A stretch of DNA of 64,000 nucleotides from Trichosphaerium sp. ATCC 40318 (lineage: Eukaryota > Protista > Tubulinea), in assembly GCA_038496445.1 (NCBI GenBank), contig JALMLS010000377.1, positions 248,001 to 312,000 of the forward strand. Reading direction: 5' to 3'. Shown one piece after another: positions 39,752 to 52,050 of this stretch. The stretch's first letter is position 1; the number at the start of each line of letters is the position of its first letter. A program made the position numbers and the translations under genes. The notes beneath the pieces were generated by a model. That model saw nothing but the letters and a program-made list of their open reading frames with translations, made no database searches and had not been told where the DNA came from.

Positions 39752-40130
39752 ATATTCAGTTAATGATCCGAGACTCAACGGGCTCCGTGAGAGTCCGAGA
39801 TGTAACGCTATATAGCGACATATAACTTACAATAGAATTAACTTACACATATATGTACCACTCACTCATCTTGCTATATCCTCTCCGTTACATGGGCGGG
39901 AAGTGATAAGAACTTGGTGTATATTTCCGAAGGGTGTTTCAGAGTTTAGCAGAATTTCTGCAAAATAATGAAATGAGAAATGATGCACTGCCGATCGAGT
40001 AAGCAAAGACGTGTAGTGTAGCGGAATTATCATCAACCAAAACACGCTTTCGCAGCAAACTGAACACGTGGTTTTTAGAATGGGCATGTGATTAGTTTAT
40101 TGACTTAACAAGTATTTAATTTTACTGGTT

Positions 40131-41489
40131 TTAAATTCCATTGTCGTATTTTTTAGCACGTGCAATTACCTCTTGTCTTGCCTCCTTTGGTACCTAGTGG
40201 AGACTTAACAAAATGCTATTTAATACATATTAAAGAGTCACACCTTTGCAATTATGAAGTGTTTTTCATCAAGAGGAGTAACGAATTCACCACCAACTTC
40301 AGCTAAATGATGAGCATCAAAAGTAATGTCACCATCCACGAGTGATATGACGTTGAAAGGTTCCATGAAATAGTTTACATCAAAGCCCCATGCACCGCAA
40401 GAAACAGTCCTACCACCAACAGATATTCGTATACCTTAGATACAAATAAATATTTATGTGCTACACTGAAGTATGTACCCATGTTTGTGTGAAGATTCTT
40501 GGATTCAGGATCAAATTGTTGTACTTTAGTCATCATTGCCCATACGTTTCCCATGAATTCTCTATTGTTGTTGACACCTTCAAGGAGCTGTGGGAGGATT
40601 GTACTGCCAATATAAGTAGTTCTACGAGGCCCAACAAGAGTCCACAGATTGCCTATTTGACTGTTAACTTATAGTATGAACTTCTCCGTTGTCAGACCTT
40701 TATTTTTTTGTAGTTTGCTTGCGATCATATCCATATAGCATATATGCTTACAAAATAGTTCATACTGGGTATCTATAAGCGAAATAGGCTTTTTCTCGTA
40801 GCTCATTTCGTCAATATACTACACAACAAACAAATCAGTCGTAATGCTGTTAAGTGTTGTAATTATTGCGTACCGTTGTACATCCGTATAAGGTTGTACA
40901 TGCCTTGATAATATCGAAGACAAATTGTATGTCTTCAGGGGAAACACCGTATGCCATTCTGAGGCACAAGCAAGGGTAAATTTGCTCAGGAGCGTCTTCA
41001 TCGAGTTCTCCATCTGAAGAAATGTAAGTTTCGAGTTGCCTTCACAAAGATTATGACTTACCATCCGTGTATGTCACTTGCTCATACGTAGTCCAAGTTG
41101 TCTCTATAAAAAAACGTGACTTATCACAATAAAAGTGATAAGTTTTATCACCCCACGCTTCGGATGGCAAGCTCTCAGTAGACTTTCCAACTAATCCATC
41201 AAGAGATGTGCCTTAAAGCAAGCGGTTAAAACTTAATTACAAGAAAAAGGCAGTTTGGAAAGTTTTCGCAGAACGAACGTTTAAACAGTTTGCTTTTCTC
41301 ACTAGTCAAAGACGTACCGGATACACCACTACATAGTTCTTGTATCAAATGGCATGAAATACTGTTATGTATGCCTTCCTCGTCTAAAGCGAATACTTCT
41401 TTTCCTGTAGCACTTTCTACTGAGCTGGCAACTTGTTTAACGGTAGGTTGCTCTCCTGCGTTGAAAATAATCTTAAACCACACAGTCAT
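40131..41489 (-). CDS. Hypothetical multi-exon protein
   Basis: Starts MTVWFKIIFNAGEQPTVK. Downstream exons join in frame (..GNLWTLVGPRRTTYIG..CGAWGFDVNYF..AKKYDNGI*). Confidence 0.55.
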
Positions 41490-41556
41490 TGTGAGAACTA
41501 GAAGGTGCTTCTGCTTTGTGTTTGTTGACACCTTAACTTTATTTGTTGAAATTAAC

Positions 41557-42708
41557 TTAAGCCTGCTTCGCTTCCTCCAGTCGTTTGACTTTTTTTGAAT
41601 AAGTTGAGTTAATGGCAAGTTTACTAAAAGGGTACACTATTTACATGAAGTCTAGAGAGTTGCCATGTCTGTTAATTTTGTGTCTTTTTAACCACCTGCA
41701 TATCTGTCTGTGCTTCAAAAGTTCCTTTGCTTCCTCGTCCGTTAATTTGTTACTATTAATCAATAGCTTAGCAGCACCAGGGCTTTTACAATTTACAGCC
41801 TTTGCTAGTAAGTATTGTTGTGCTGTAAACCTCCAATATTTTTTTCGTCTGCTAGGTTGTTTTGACCATATTTTAAACGCTGCACATGACATTAATAGAA
41901 AAACAAGATAATTAAATATATCAGTAACTTAAAAAAAATGAGGACATTGCGATTTGTACAATTACGTGTCACGTTAAGTTTTTGAAAGTTCTTATCTTTA
42001 CTATAATCTTGTTCATTGAGACAAAGGCAACAATGCCTGAATATGGAGGAAAAAAAAAGAAGTAAAAAAACACTGCTTGCCTTGGTTTTCTTTCATTTCT
42101 TTAGCTAACTGCGGAGGTGAGAATTTTTTAACGTTGTAAAATATTGGCGGAAATCCATCTCTAACACCAGGGTTTAGATGTCCCATTGTAGTATCGTCTG
42201 TTATCTTGCCAAAACGATGTGAATACCCTACTGCAAGTTTTGAACCAAGCCAGACAAACAGCAAATCTGTTGCACCAAGATTAAGACACATTTGTTCCCG
42301 AAGATCTTTGAACGTGTCACTGTTTTTAATTTGAAGCGTAAGCACCTTCCCAGCAGAATTTTTGAACATGAGTTTCCAGGAGCCATAAATCTTTCCACCA
42401 TCTCTCTCAAAGCCGTCTAAATGAGGGTTGTAGAGTGGTAAGTATTGTTCAAGTTTTTTCACGTGGTCGTATTTAATAGAGTTGTGTATTATGAGATGGG
42501 CGTAGACAGATGGTTTACACGCTGATGCATCCACCACAGCGTTGAATTCTCGTGATGAAGACGCAAACGCTCTAAAATCACCAATATTCTTTAAATAACA
42601 CAGTATCTCATCCCACACCTCAGGAGGTAGCTCTTGCGCGTAGTTAGATGTATATGTATTGTGTTTGCTTAGTGATGTACCTGTATTACCACGCTCTTCT
42701 CTTTCCAT
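41557..42708 (-). CDS. F-box protein with ubiquitin-like domain
   Basis: ELPPEVWDEILCYL (F-box). LMFKNSAGKVLTLQIKNSDTFKDLREQM..LLFVWLGSKL resembles the ubiquitin fold. Confidence 0.6.
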
Positions 42709-42833
42709 AGCACCGGTTTAGTACGAAGTATTGAAAGAAACAAGCGGACTTGTGTCCGCTGTCAATAGCTAGGCGTCACACTAAATTCTGGTACAAAAAG
42801 TTTTGACGGATTTTTTAGAACCGTTAACGGTTT

Positions 42834-43926
42834 TTATTCTTTTACAAGCTTGAGCACTTTGAACGTTGCTTCAAACGAAGCGCCTTCTGTAGGTGAGCAA
42901 GCATACAAACCTATAGGAATGTCATTTCAAGGTAAGCTTTGCGAGGTGTACCAGCTTGGATTGTTTCAGGTGCATTTAGATGACATGTGCGCATCTCTTC
43001 CCACTGTGGCTCTTCATTGTACTTGTCAAACGGCTTGTCTTTTGTTCCTACGGAAGCATAAATACAAGCTTTACACTAATAGGGATGGTGTACCTTCAGG
43101 TGTGTTTGCCCAAAATATGCGAAAAGATTTACCAACACGTTCAAGTTTGAACCAAATATCTATTGATCCACTGGAATACGGTGCTGTTGCCCAGTCAGAA
43201 TATCCATCACGTGTTACTACAGATCCTAATCTTAACACAACAGGTAAGGGCTAGATTTCAATAACGGTACCATACCTGTTGGTTGGAGTTTCTTTCTCGA
43301 TAGAAGCTTTTATCCAGTTATCAGAATCAACACGGATCATGAGACCCTACAACCAAATTGTCATGGAAAACGAGCTGGGAATAAGAGTCTATCATACTGC
43401 TTGGTCGTATTTTGATGTAGGTTTGTACTCAACATTTACTATCAATGCCTTAAAATCACCTTTTATGTCCTTGTAAAGAAAGTGTCCATTGTCATTTTGA
43501 AATCCATAGTGCGTCCTGTTATCACGAGTTAGTATAAAAAGGAGGGCGTGAGACTGAAATGCAGGGGTTTGCAATGAGCAGTGCAACAATGCCTGCACTA
43601 GAACATCTCACCTTTGCCAAAAATCTGACTTTTCTTTAGTGGTTACTGTGGCCGTTAGTGTACTGTTTTGAACGTTATAAACATACCAATTAAGTGTTTA
43701 CCATCTTCTACTACTTTCAAAGGTGGGCTAAACCACTTCATTTCTCCAAGCGGCAAAGATGTTGTTTGTGACATTGTCACCTTATAAAACTGCGTTAGTT
43801 CGATACAATACGCGCGCATACAAGTTCACGCGCATTATCATCAACTGGGAAAGCGGTCAAACATAAAAAACCAAACAACAACGTAAATACAAGCCCCACG
43901 ACTGCAATTTTACAAAAACTTTTCAT
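42834..43926 (-). CDS. DUF1349 (Ree1-like beta-sandwich) protein with signal peptide; 1-nt frame break near 43630
   Basis: SDFWQRTHYGFQNDNGHF, YDQAGLMIRVDSDNWIKASIE, GSVVTRDGYSDWAT and GLYACSPT. Confidence 0.8.
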
Positions 43927-44067
43927 AGTGACTCAGCGTCTTACCTAGTTTAATTGAACGTTGACTCAGCCGATTTCATTGATGTCAGACTCGCAATGAC
44001 TTTTTTTTTCATCTGTGACCATACGATCGTTGGTAGTTCTGGCCTCGTCGTGAGCTACTCGTTGAGT

Positions 44068-45545
44068 ATGGAAGACGATGAAGTTAAACGGCCAAAGTAC
44101 AGGTATGTTATTTAATTTGTACTGATTTCTATGCTGCAAGACGTGTAACAATGCACAAGGGAGACACGTAGAGACAAAGATATTGGTGTTAGAGCGTTTT
44201 CAGTAAACCAAGAATCAAGGTAATTTACAAACACCGTATAAATGCGCTCATTCGCGTAGATTTATCATTGTAGCCAATGTGCCAGCACTTGGAGACGAAT
44301 TAGAAATCCTGCCGCAATTAGAGCTCTATGGAACTATAGACGAGTGCGCACGCCAACAAAGTTAAACCGCTGACATTTCTTTGACAAGTTGGCGGTTAAT
44401 GGACGAAAATGAAGACAAGTACACCTACGTTTATTGGGTAGCGTATAAATCAATCGCTGATGCTAGAACAGCAAAGAAGAATTTAAACAAAACGCCATTC
44501 AACCACAGCTTGCTTAAGGTACGCTTAAAACATCCTCAACGCCTGTATTTCGCTCCACAGCGCATAACAAGCAGGATGATGTCAAAATCAAACTGCAATT
44601 TCATCGACAACGCCTTATATCATTCTAGATTCGATACGCTCCTGAATACGAATCAATCCAAGATACACGAACTAAACTAAATGAGAGACGATACCAAGTA
44701 CTCAGTAGACTACCACATGCCAAGGCGCAGTTTGAGCATTATTATGGAAGTAATCAAACACAGCCGTACAGGTATACAGATGGAAGGTTTTGGGCTGAAT
44801 ACTATCCAGTACCAGAAGGTAATGTCAAAACTTCGTGTCAAAATTTGACAATTGACTTTTTTTTAAGATAGTGCTCTCACAACCCAAGGCGCTTTGCCTC
44901 CACCACCTATAGAGAATCACCCTGATGATAAAAACCCTCCAATCGAAGAGCAAGCCCCTCCTCCTCCTCCTCCTCCTCCTGAACAACCCAAGAATGCGTA
45001 TGACTTTTCGTTATCTATGGTTACAACTTCTAATATATGGTTGTTAGAGAAATTTATGTGGATCCCAATGCACCTTATCAAAATGTTTATTACCCATCCA
45101 CAAATACAAACTATGAAGAAATAATATATCAACCAATAAAACCGTATGTTACGTCCTGTAAACACATAACACAGCTGCCCTCTAATACGATTGTAGAGAG
45201 CCTCCAAAGGCAAAACAACCAGAACCAAAGAAGACAGAGAAGCCAAAAGAGGTTCGTTTTTCAAAGCAGTATTATGGTATTAATACTGTGCATAGGTAGC
45301 TCCAGTAGTTGGTCCTGCATTACCGCCACATGTGATTAAACATAAGCAAGATAATGCGTCTTCTATCGCTTCAGCAGTATCTGAAGCAAGACGTGTCAAT
45401 AGTGTTAACCAGAGCGTATCTAATATTCATAGCAAGATAAGGTACCTTGCCTTTTCAGCTACAAAAACACTAGACTATATTAACAAAGATTATTAGATCA
45501 TTACGCGATGGTAAGCCTAAGAAGAAGAAACGAAGAAGAATATAA
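44068..45545 (+). CDS. RBM48: RNA-binding protein 48 (minor-spliceosome factor)
   Basis: VRAFSVNQESRFIIVANVPALG, YGTI, ARTAKK..F, RYAPEYESIQDTRTKLNERR and terminal KKRRRI*. Confidence 0.85.
44957..44980 (+). repeat. (CCT)n coding microsatellite (poly-Pro)
   Basis: About 8 tandem CCT units inside an RBM48 exon. Confidence 0.9.
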
Positions 45546-45606
45546 ATTGAGTATACTTTTATTTTTGATGTAAATAGAAAATTCACAAAACAAGACAACA
45601 AGGCCG

Positions 45607-47164
45607 TTAAGCTTGAGCGAAATGTTTTGGCTGAGCTCTAATGACTGGAATATAAGCTTTATCATCAAGGAATCCATCAGTATAGGGCTGCAGGGGAAGA
45701 GGCACGTGAACACCAAGCAACTTTCCGTCTTCATCAAGATGTTGATAATTCTCAAGAATACAACAAATTGTGCGTGTTGTTGCAGTCAACGTTGAGTTCA
45801 GCATATGTGGATGCCTTACACCGGTCTGACCTTCTTCAGTGTTCTGAATCCTAATACCAAGTCGTCTTGATTGGTAGTCTGTGCAGTTTGAACAAGATAC
45901 AAGCTCCTTGTAATCAGCTTCGTTAATCTGATTGCCAGGGAACCAGGCTTCCAAGTCATATTTCTTGGCTGCTGCATTATTAAGCTCGCCTGATACTATG
46001 TTTACTACACGGTACGGTAAACCTAGAGCTTGGTAGAATGCTTCTGAAGTCTCAATAAGCTCCTCAAGCATATCCCAAGATTTTTCTGGTGCAGTGATGA
46101 TGAATTGTTCCAGTTTTTCGAACTGGTGTACTCTAAAGATACCCCGTACGTCCTTTCCTGCTGATCCTGACTCTTTCCTGAAACAGGTTGAATAACCTGA
46201 ATACTTGAGAGGTAGTTGCTTTTCCTCTAGAGCTTCATGACTAAGTAAAACAATCAGCAGTTAATCCAACAATAAGGAAAAAATGTATTGAAACGAACGA
46301 ATAGTAAAAAATAGTTGATAAAAATCACGTGAGCGTACCGATGATAAGCACATAATGGTTGTTCTGAGGTTGCAATAAGATATTGCTCAGCGCCCTTATC
46401 GCCTGTTAACTTGTACAGCTGTTCATCATAATCTTCAAGTTGTGCTACTTCTCCCATTATTTCTTTATTCATAAAGAAAGGCGTTTGAATCATTTTATAC
46501 TTTTTCTTTGCAAGGAACTTCATTCCAAAGTTGATGATAGCTTGGTTCAGAATAACACCAGCATCAGTCAAATAATAACATCTGCTTCCAGCTACCTTTG
46601 ACCCTCTTAGAGGCTCAAATCCGCCAATCATGTACAGTATCTGATGGTGGTGATACAACCCCTCTTGAGTCTTGATTGTACCGTACTTTCTGATCACTTC
46701 ATTTTGCGTTTTTTTTTCTTCACCGACTGGCACCGTTTCATGAACAATGTTCCCTATTAGGTTCACTTTTTTCTCTAGTTCTTGCTTTATCGCATTCACT
46801 GATTTTGTAAGATCCGCTGTTTGGTTCCGTAAGTCCTTTGCGTCACCGTTCAACGCCATGGCTTCGTCGACTTTGCCCTAAAAATACGTTTAATGATACT
46901 TCTGCTAAAAACGTTCTATAGCGCTGTTTCGTGTACCTCTTTGCGCAGTTTGCCGATTTTGGTCTTTAATGCGTTCCTTGCAGCTGATTTTTGTTCAAGG
47001 TCAAATTGCGCTTTTCTTAGACGCTTATCAGCGTCAATTACTTGGTCTACAAGCGTAACGTCTGAAAATCTTGATCTTTGCGACTTTCTCACATCCTCCG
47101 GGTTAAAACCTCTGTCAGTGCGGAATCTATTAATATCTAGTCCTGTACGAATAGTTGTTGTCAT
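45607..47164 (-). CDS. SARS1: Cytosolic seryl-tRNA synthetase
   Basis: LDINRFR, YLIATSEQPL, CFRKESGS, RVHQFEKLEQF, AAAKKYDLEAWFP, ELVSCSNCTDYQSRRL and HMLNSTL. Confidence 0.97.
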
Positions 47165-47659
47165 TCTGGTGTACTTTTATGATGATGCTGAAATTCCACT
47201 GGTTTTTTTTTCTGAGATTTTTCTGTGTTTGTTTCAGTCATCGCTTAGCGAAAGTTCAGGATTTTAGCGAATGGAGTTTTGTGTACAAGTAAAGTGTACG
47301 AAATATTAAGGGTTTATAAAGAATTAACGAATCTACAAGCAAAGCATTTGGAGTCTCCGCGACATCTTTTCATTGAAGTTAGAAGATTTCGTTAAAACAA
47401 GATTGCTCGACACAAAAATGTAAATAAAAGCTGTGACCTGGTTCATGGCTGGCATCTTATTAACAAGTGGTACATTACGTACTCGAGTCATATAGAATAA
47501 TTACTGGGTTAAGATGTATACTATTCACTAATTGGGTGGCCACCTTTTTCGGCGAAGCAGCGTCTTAACAACTTTGTTTTTCAAGCTTTTTTTTAATGTA
47601 TAGTACAAAATTGTTTTCATCTTTTTTCTTCGCTTGTGTGTACTTAATGAAAACTTCTT

Positions 47660-50600
47660 CTACTTGGACCACAATGCTATACTTCCTCTAGCTCCAGGAG
47701 TTGCCTACAAAAAGTTTAGAACTGAACTACATGTGGTGCACCATCGTGTAGCCCAAAAAAAAAAAAAGGAGAATAGGTGAAAGACATTAGTGTTTTGCGT
47801 ACCCGTGCATTCGGTTTTAATTGGTTTTGTCTACAATACATCAACTGTTCACAAAAGGCACTAATAAACTCATTAATAATCTGTAAATTATGAGTATAAA
47901 GGGAAGTACATCAATTCTTGGTGTGAATCAAAGAACATTGTTGTCTTTGTGTTATTGAAATCCAGGCTCACTTTCGAAGCTGTTTTTGAACACCAGTAAG
48001 TAATTATTGTTTACAACCTTGTCTATTTCTTCCGGAATGTACCTTTTTCTCTATTATCAAATCTAACTGCTTGAATGTGCTTTAGCTTTATCGCTCTACT
48101 GACATGAAAATTCTCTTTCTTTCCAATAAGTCGACCAAAAACAACACAATCATTAAAAAGATAATAATGTCCTGCTCTATGACCACCAACCTACATAACA
48201 TCAACACGAAATCTTCATTGTACAATAAAAATTGCTTACGCCTTTACGATACTTTCCTTCCATGATGAAGATTCGTCTAGGTTGTAACTAAAACCATCAA
48301 TAAAAATCACGCAAAAAAAAACAACCGAAACAAGAAATCCTTTTGAAAAAAACTATCAAACACATCAGTCCTCATACCAATTGCAATTGTTTATCCTAAA
48401 ACCCAAGTCAACACATAAATCATAAAGAAAATTTATAAGGCACGTACATCTCCAAGAAAAAAGTTTGAGAAGCTCCTGAAGGACGTAAAAGTTAGATTTT
48501 GAAAATCACGTGATTGGTTTTTTTTTGAAAAAGTACATTTGTATAGACATTATCTTGTCTTGATTCTCTTGATGTCTCTTCAACTCATTCAACTCATCTA
48601 CAAGCTCAGAGAAGTCTTCTACTGCTTTTTGAAGATTTGGAAAATCTGGATGCATAGGTGGCGTGTACTTCATTAATTCCTGTTCAGGATTTAGTTGCTA
48701 TCAATGTCATTGTTTTGGTAATATTTACCTTTAGTACAAGTGGATACTTCATTATACGTTGTACAGGCATTATAAGCCATCCATTAAGGTCAAGACCTTT
48801 ACACCTTAGTTCTTCATTTTGAGACTTTAGGATAAACGCATTAAACAATTTGTTTGATTCCCGAAGCTTCGCCTTTTGTTTTGACACGTTAGTGAATAAA
48901 TAGAACTTGTCTATATTTTTCTCGTACTGTATGCGCACAACGTGAATCATATTTAATACAATAAGGTTTATAAGCCTTAAAGAAACCCATCTAAAAAACA
49001 AGTAGTCAATTATAAGTCTCACTCAAAACTCTTCTCCATAAAACAAAAACTGATTGTGGCTCTAGGGCTACCTTTTCATTAAATATTTTTCCAAACATTC
49101 TATCCTCTGTCTTTTCCATTTCTTTTGATAAAGCCTCATATACTTCCAGGTTTAAGGAAGTCAACATATCCTAAAAATATAAATAAGAATTCGCTGTATG
49201 GTTTTTTAAATGTTCCAACAAAATCGATGAACAAATTGGGAAATAAAAGTACCAAGTTAGAGAAAATCAGTAAAATGTCATCACGTGTAACACCAGCAAT
49301 TTTACTTAATGGTGTCTTCCAAACTTCAGACAATATTCTCAAATCATCAGTGTAAGCCTACGAGTATACGGGTGAGTAAAAATTGACAAGCTTTTGTTAA
49401 ATGTGGTAAAAATATTAGTGTAGACGCACTTTCTCTGTTGTGAGGATTTCCTGTTGAACAAGTTCTTGTCTGTCCTTGCTTGTTAAATTCTTTTTTGTTG
49501 TTGTAACCAAGTTTGGTTGACCACGCATAGATAACGTTTCATCACCTTCCATATCTTCCATCATATCTTCCAACGTCCTTTCACCTTCAATAACAATCGA
49601 CCGAGGAACCTACAATAAGACATTAGCAGGAGCTGAATAACAACAACAAATTTTGTAAGCGACGTACTGCAGCAGGCTGGTCATTTTTGGGTGTGACTTG
49701 CAGCGTAGCTGGTTGTTGCTTCTGCGGTCTACGAGAAAAATGAGCGAGTTATTTTAAGCAAATTTTTTTTATCTTCACGCACGTGTTGTAAATAAACGAA
49801 GAGACATTATTTTCTGTATTTGATCGTGGTCTATCTTCTGATAAATTACTAGGATCTGCGAATGTAGTATTACTTCTCATCTTGTGTTTTGTTTTAGGAG
49901 ATCTTGATGATTTCAGTTTTATTCGCCTTTTTTTTGATTTTCTCAAAGGTGACTTAATATTCCTCTGTTGTGGTTCTACTAGTTCTTTGGGCGTAGAAAC
50001 CTTCGGTGTAGGTTTAGGAAGAGGTTTTGGTGCTGGTTTCGGTAGTGGTTTAGGAGGAACTGTTTTGGTGTCTGCTTTTGGTAAATTCTCAAAGGCGACT
50101 GGCGGAGGGACATTAACCTTCTTTTTTTCGACTGGTGTTGATTGAAGGTTTGTAAAAATTTGGGGTGTTTTTGGTTTTGGAATAGGTATCCTTTTAGGGC
50201 CTGGAGAAACCGCTCTTGGTACTTGCGGTGGTGCTGTTCTTGGACTAGGGGAAGCAGATCTTGGGACAGGGCGCTAGAAAGACGAAAATTAAATAATTCT
50301 TATTAACTGAAAAAAACTGGGCGTGGTAGAATAGGTTTAGTGTAACGTACTTCTATGAATTTTTCTCTGAGAACGGACTCTATAGGGCTTATTGATAGCC
50401 CGCTTGTATCAGTCATAGACCCACTCTCTGCGCTCGCTCTTTCAGAGGAGGGAGAATTGGTAGGAATAGCCTCAGAGCCATTTTGTGTTGTACTACTTTC
50501 GCTTGACGTTTCTGAATCTAATGTCTTTTCTCTCCGTCTCCTCGGTTTATTATCACGTTCTTTTGACTTTTTCTTTTTTACTCTCTTCGGTGATGACCGT

Positions 50601-51067
50601 TCAGACGTATTTGAATATTCTTCAAGATCTAAATCTTGTACTAATTTAACTAGATCGTCGAGACTTAGTTCAGGTTCTTCTTCCGGTGTGTTTGTTATAA
50701 TTTCTTTTTTAGGTTGTGGTACTGTAGACTTCTGTTTGTGATGTCCTTGTAGTAAAAATGTAGAAGTACGCATATTAGTAGGTGCATCATCAGGCTAACA
50801 CAAAATTAATGTCATCAAGGGTTTACAAAACCGCGCACGTGATATTTTTTTTACAAGCATCATTAAAACACAAAAGAAAAGAGCAGTGCCGCGTACGTAC
50901 CTTTGCAAATGGTTTCCACACTGATCCGGCCTCAAATTGATTTATAAGCTCTCGTGCTCCAATACTGTCGGCTTTAAATAATCACGTGTTAGCGATTTAA
51001 TTAAGGGTGCCTGCAACACAAAAAAAAAAAACCAAAAAATAATAATTCGTACACCGATCTCGCCCAT
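47660..51067 (-). CDS. Dbl-family RhoGEF (Pro/Ser-rich N-terminus, DH-PH)
   Basis: QEILTTEK/AYTDDL, IFSNL, LNGWLIMPVQRIMKYPLVLK, ELMKYTPPMHPDF and PH-like HLLLFNDCVVFG. Confidence 0.85.
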
Positions 51068-52050
51068 TAGATGCCTCTGGTGGCGTCTATATTATGTAAA
51101 ATGAGTTTAAAAATATAGGTAAACACATAATAAATCTCCAAATAACTCAGCAAGGAAGTACGATCAACAGATTCATAAAAAACATTGTACGTTGTTATTT
51201 TTTGGTAAAACAAGAAAAGATGTACGTACAGGTGTCCCACGAACATCGGTACCCGTTGGGTGAGCGGTTGTGCCTGAGGAATAAATCAACAACGCAGTAA
51301 TACATGTATGACGCGGGTTATAATACTGCTGTTTGAATGAAACTCGCGGTTTGTATTCAAACAAAGAATATTTTTTCAAAAGACAGTCTAAACAAAGTTA
51401 AACCTAATCCTATGCGCATACCACCGTTCATGGTTTTTGATCACCGCTTCTGGTACGCTGTAATGGTTTGCTGATGGTCTAAAAGCGGACTAAAGAAAAT
51501 GGAGGAGTCAAAACGAATCTGAACAAACAAAAAAGTGCCTGACATCGTCTCTAGCCTTGGTAGAGCTGTGAAAAACTACTAGCGTTGCTTTTGCATAATA
51601 TCTCCACAAACTCTACTTCGCAACACGTGACTGTACGTGCCAAATGCGTACTTCCATAGGCCAAACATACGAAAATCACACGTGACAAGTTTTTGATTTT
51701 GCAAAATTACTTCAAATGTTTCGCTAGTTAGTTCACTGTTCGTTCTTTGTGTCCATCACACGCAATGACATTATTCTTACGCGCATAGAGCTTGACTGAC
51801 TTAGTTGTAGCCTTTGGCGGCACGCCGCAAAGAATTAACATGTAGAAGCGCACTAAAATTACAACCAACGACACTGCCACATCACATAATGTTAGTAGAT
51901 CTTTTGTGGGTTTTTGTTAAAAATTTCCAGTTTGAAAGGGCGCCAAGAAACTCAAAAGTAGTTTGATTACCAAGCGCTATAGTTGATGAGTGGAATAAGT
52001 TGGTTGTTTAGCTTAAACTGTTCAACACAGTTTTGTTACATTTAGAAGAA

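Noticed and set aside
42850-43476. Plus-strand ORFs of 134 and 65 aa
   Set aside because: Antisense shadows of the DUF1349 gene; the same applies to most short overlapping ORFs in the track.
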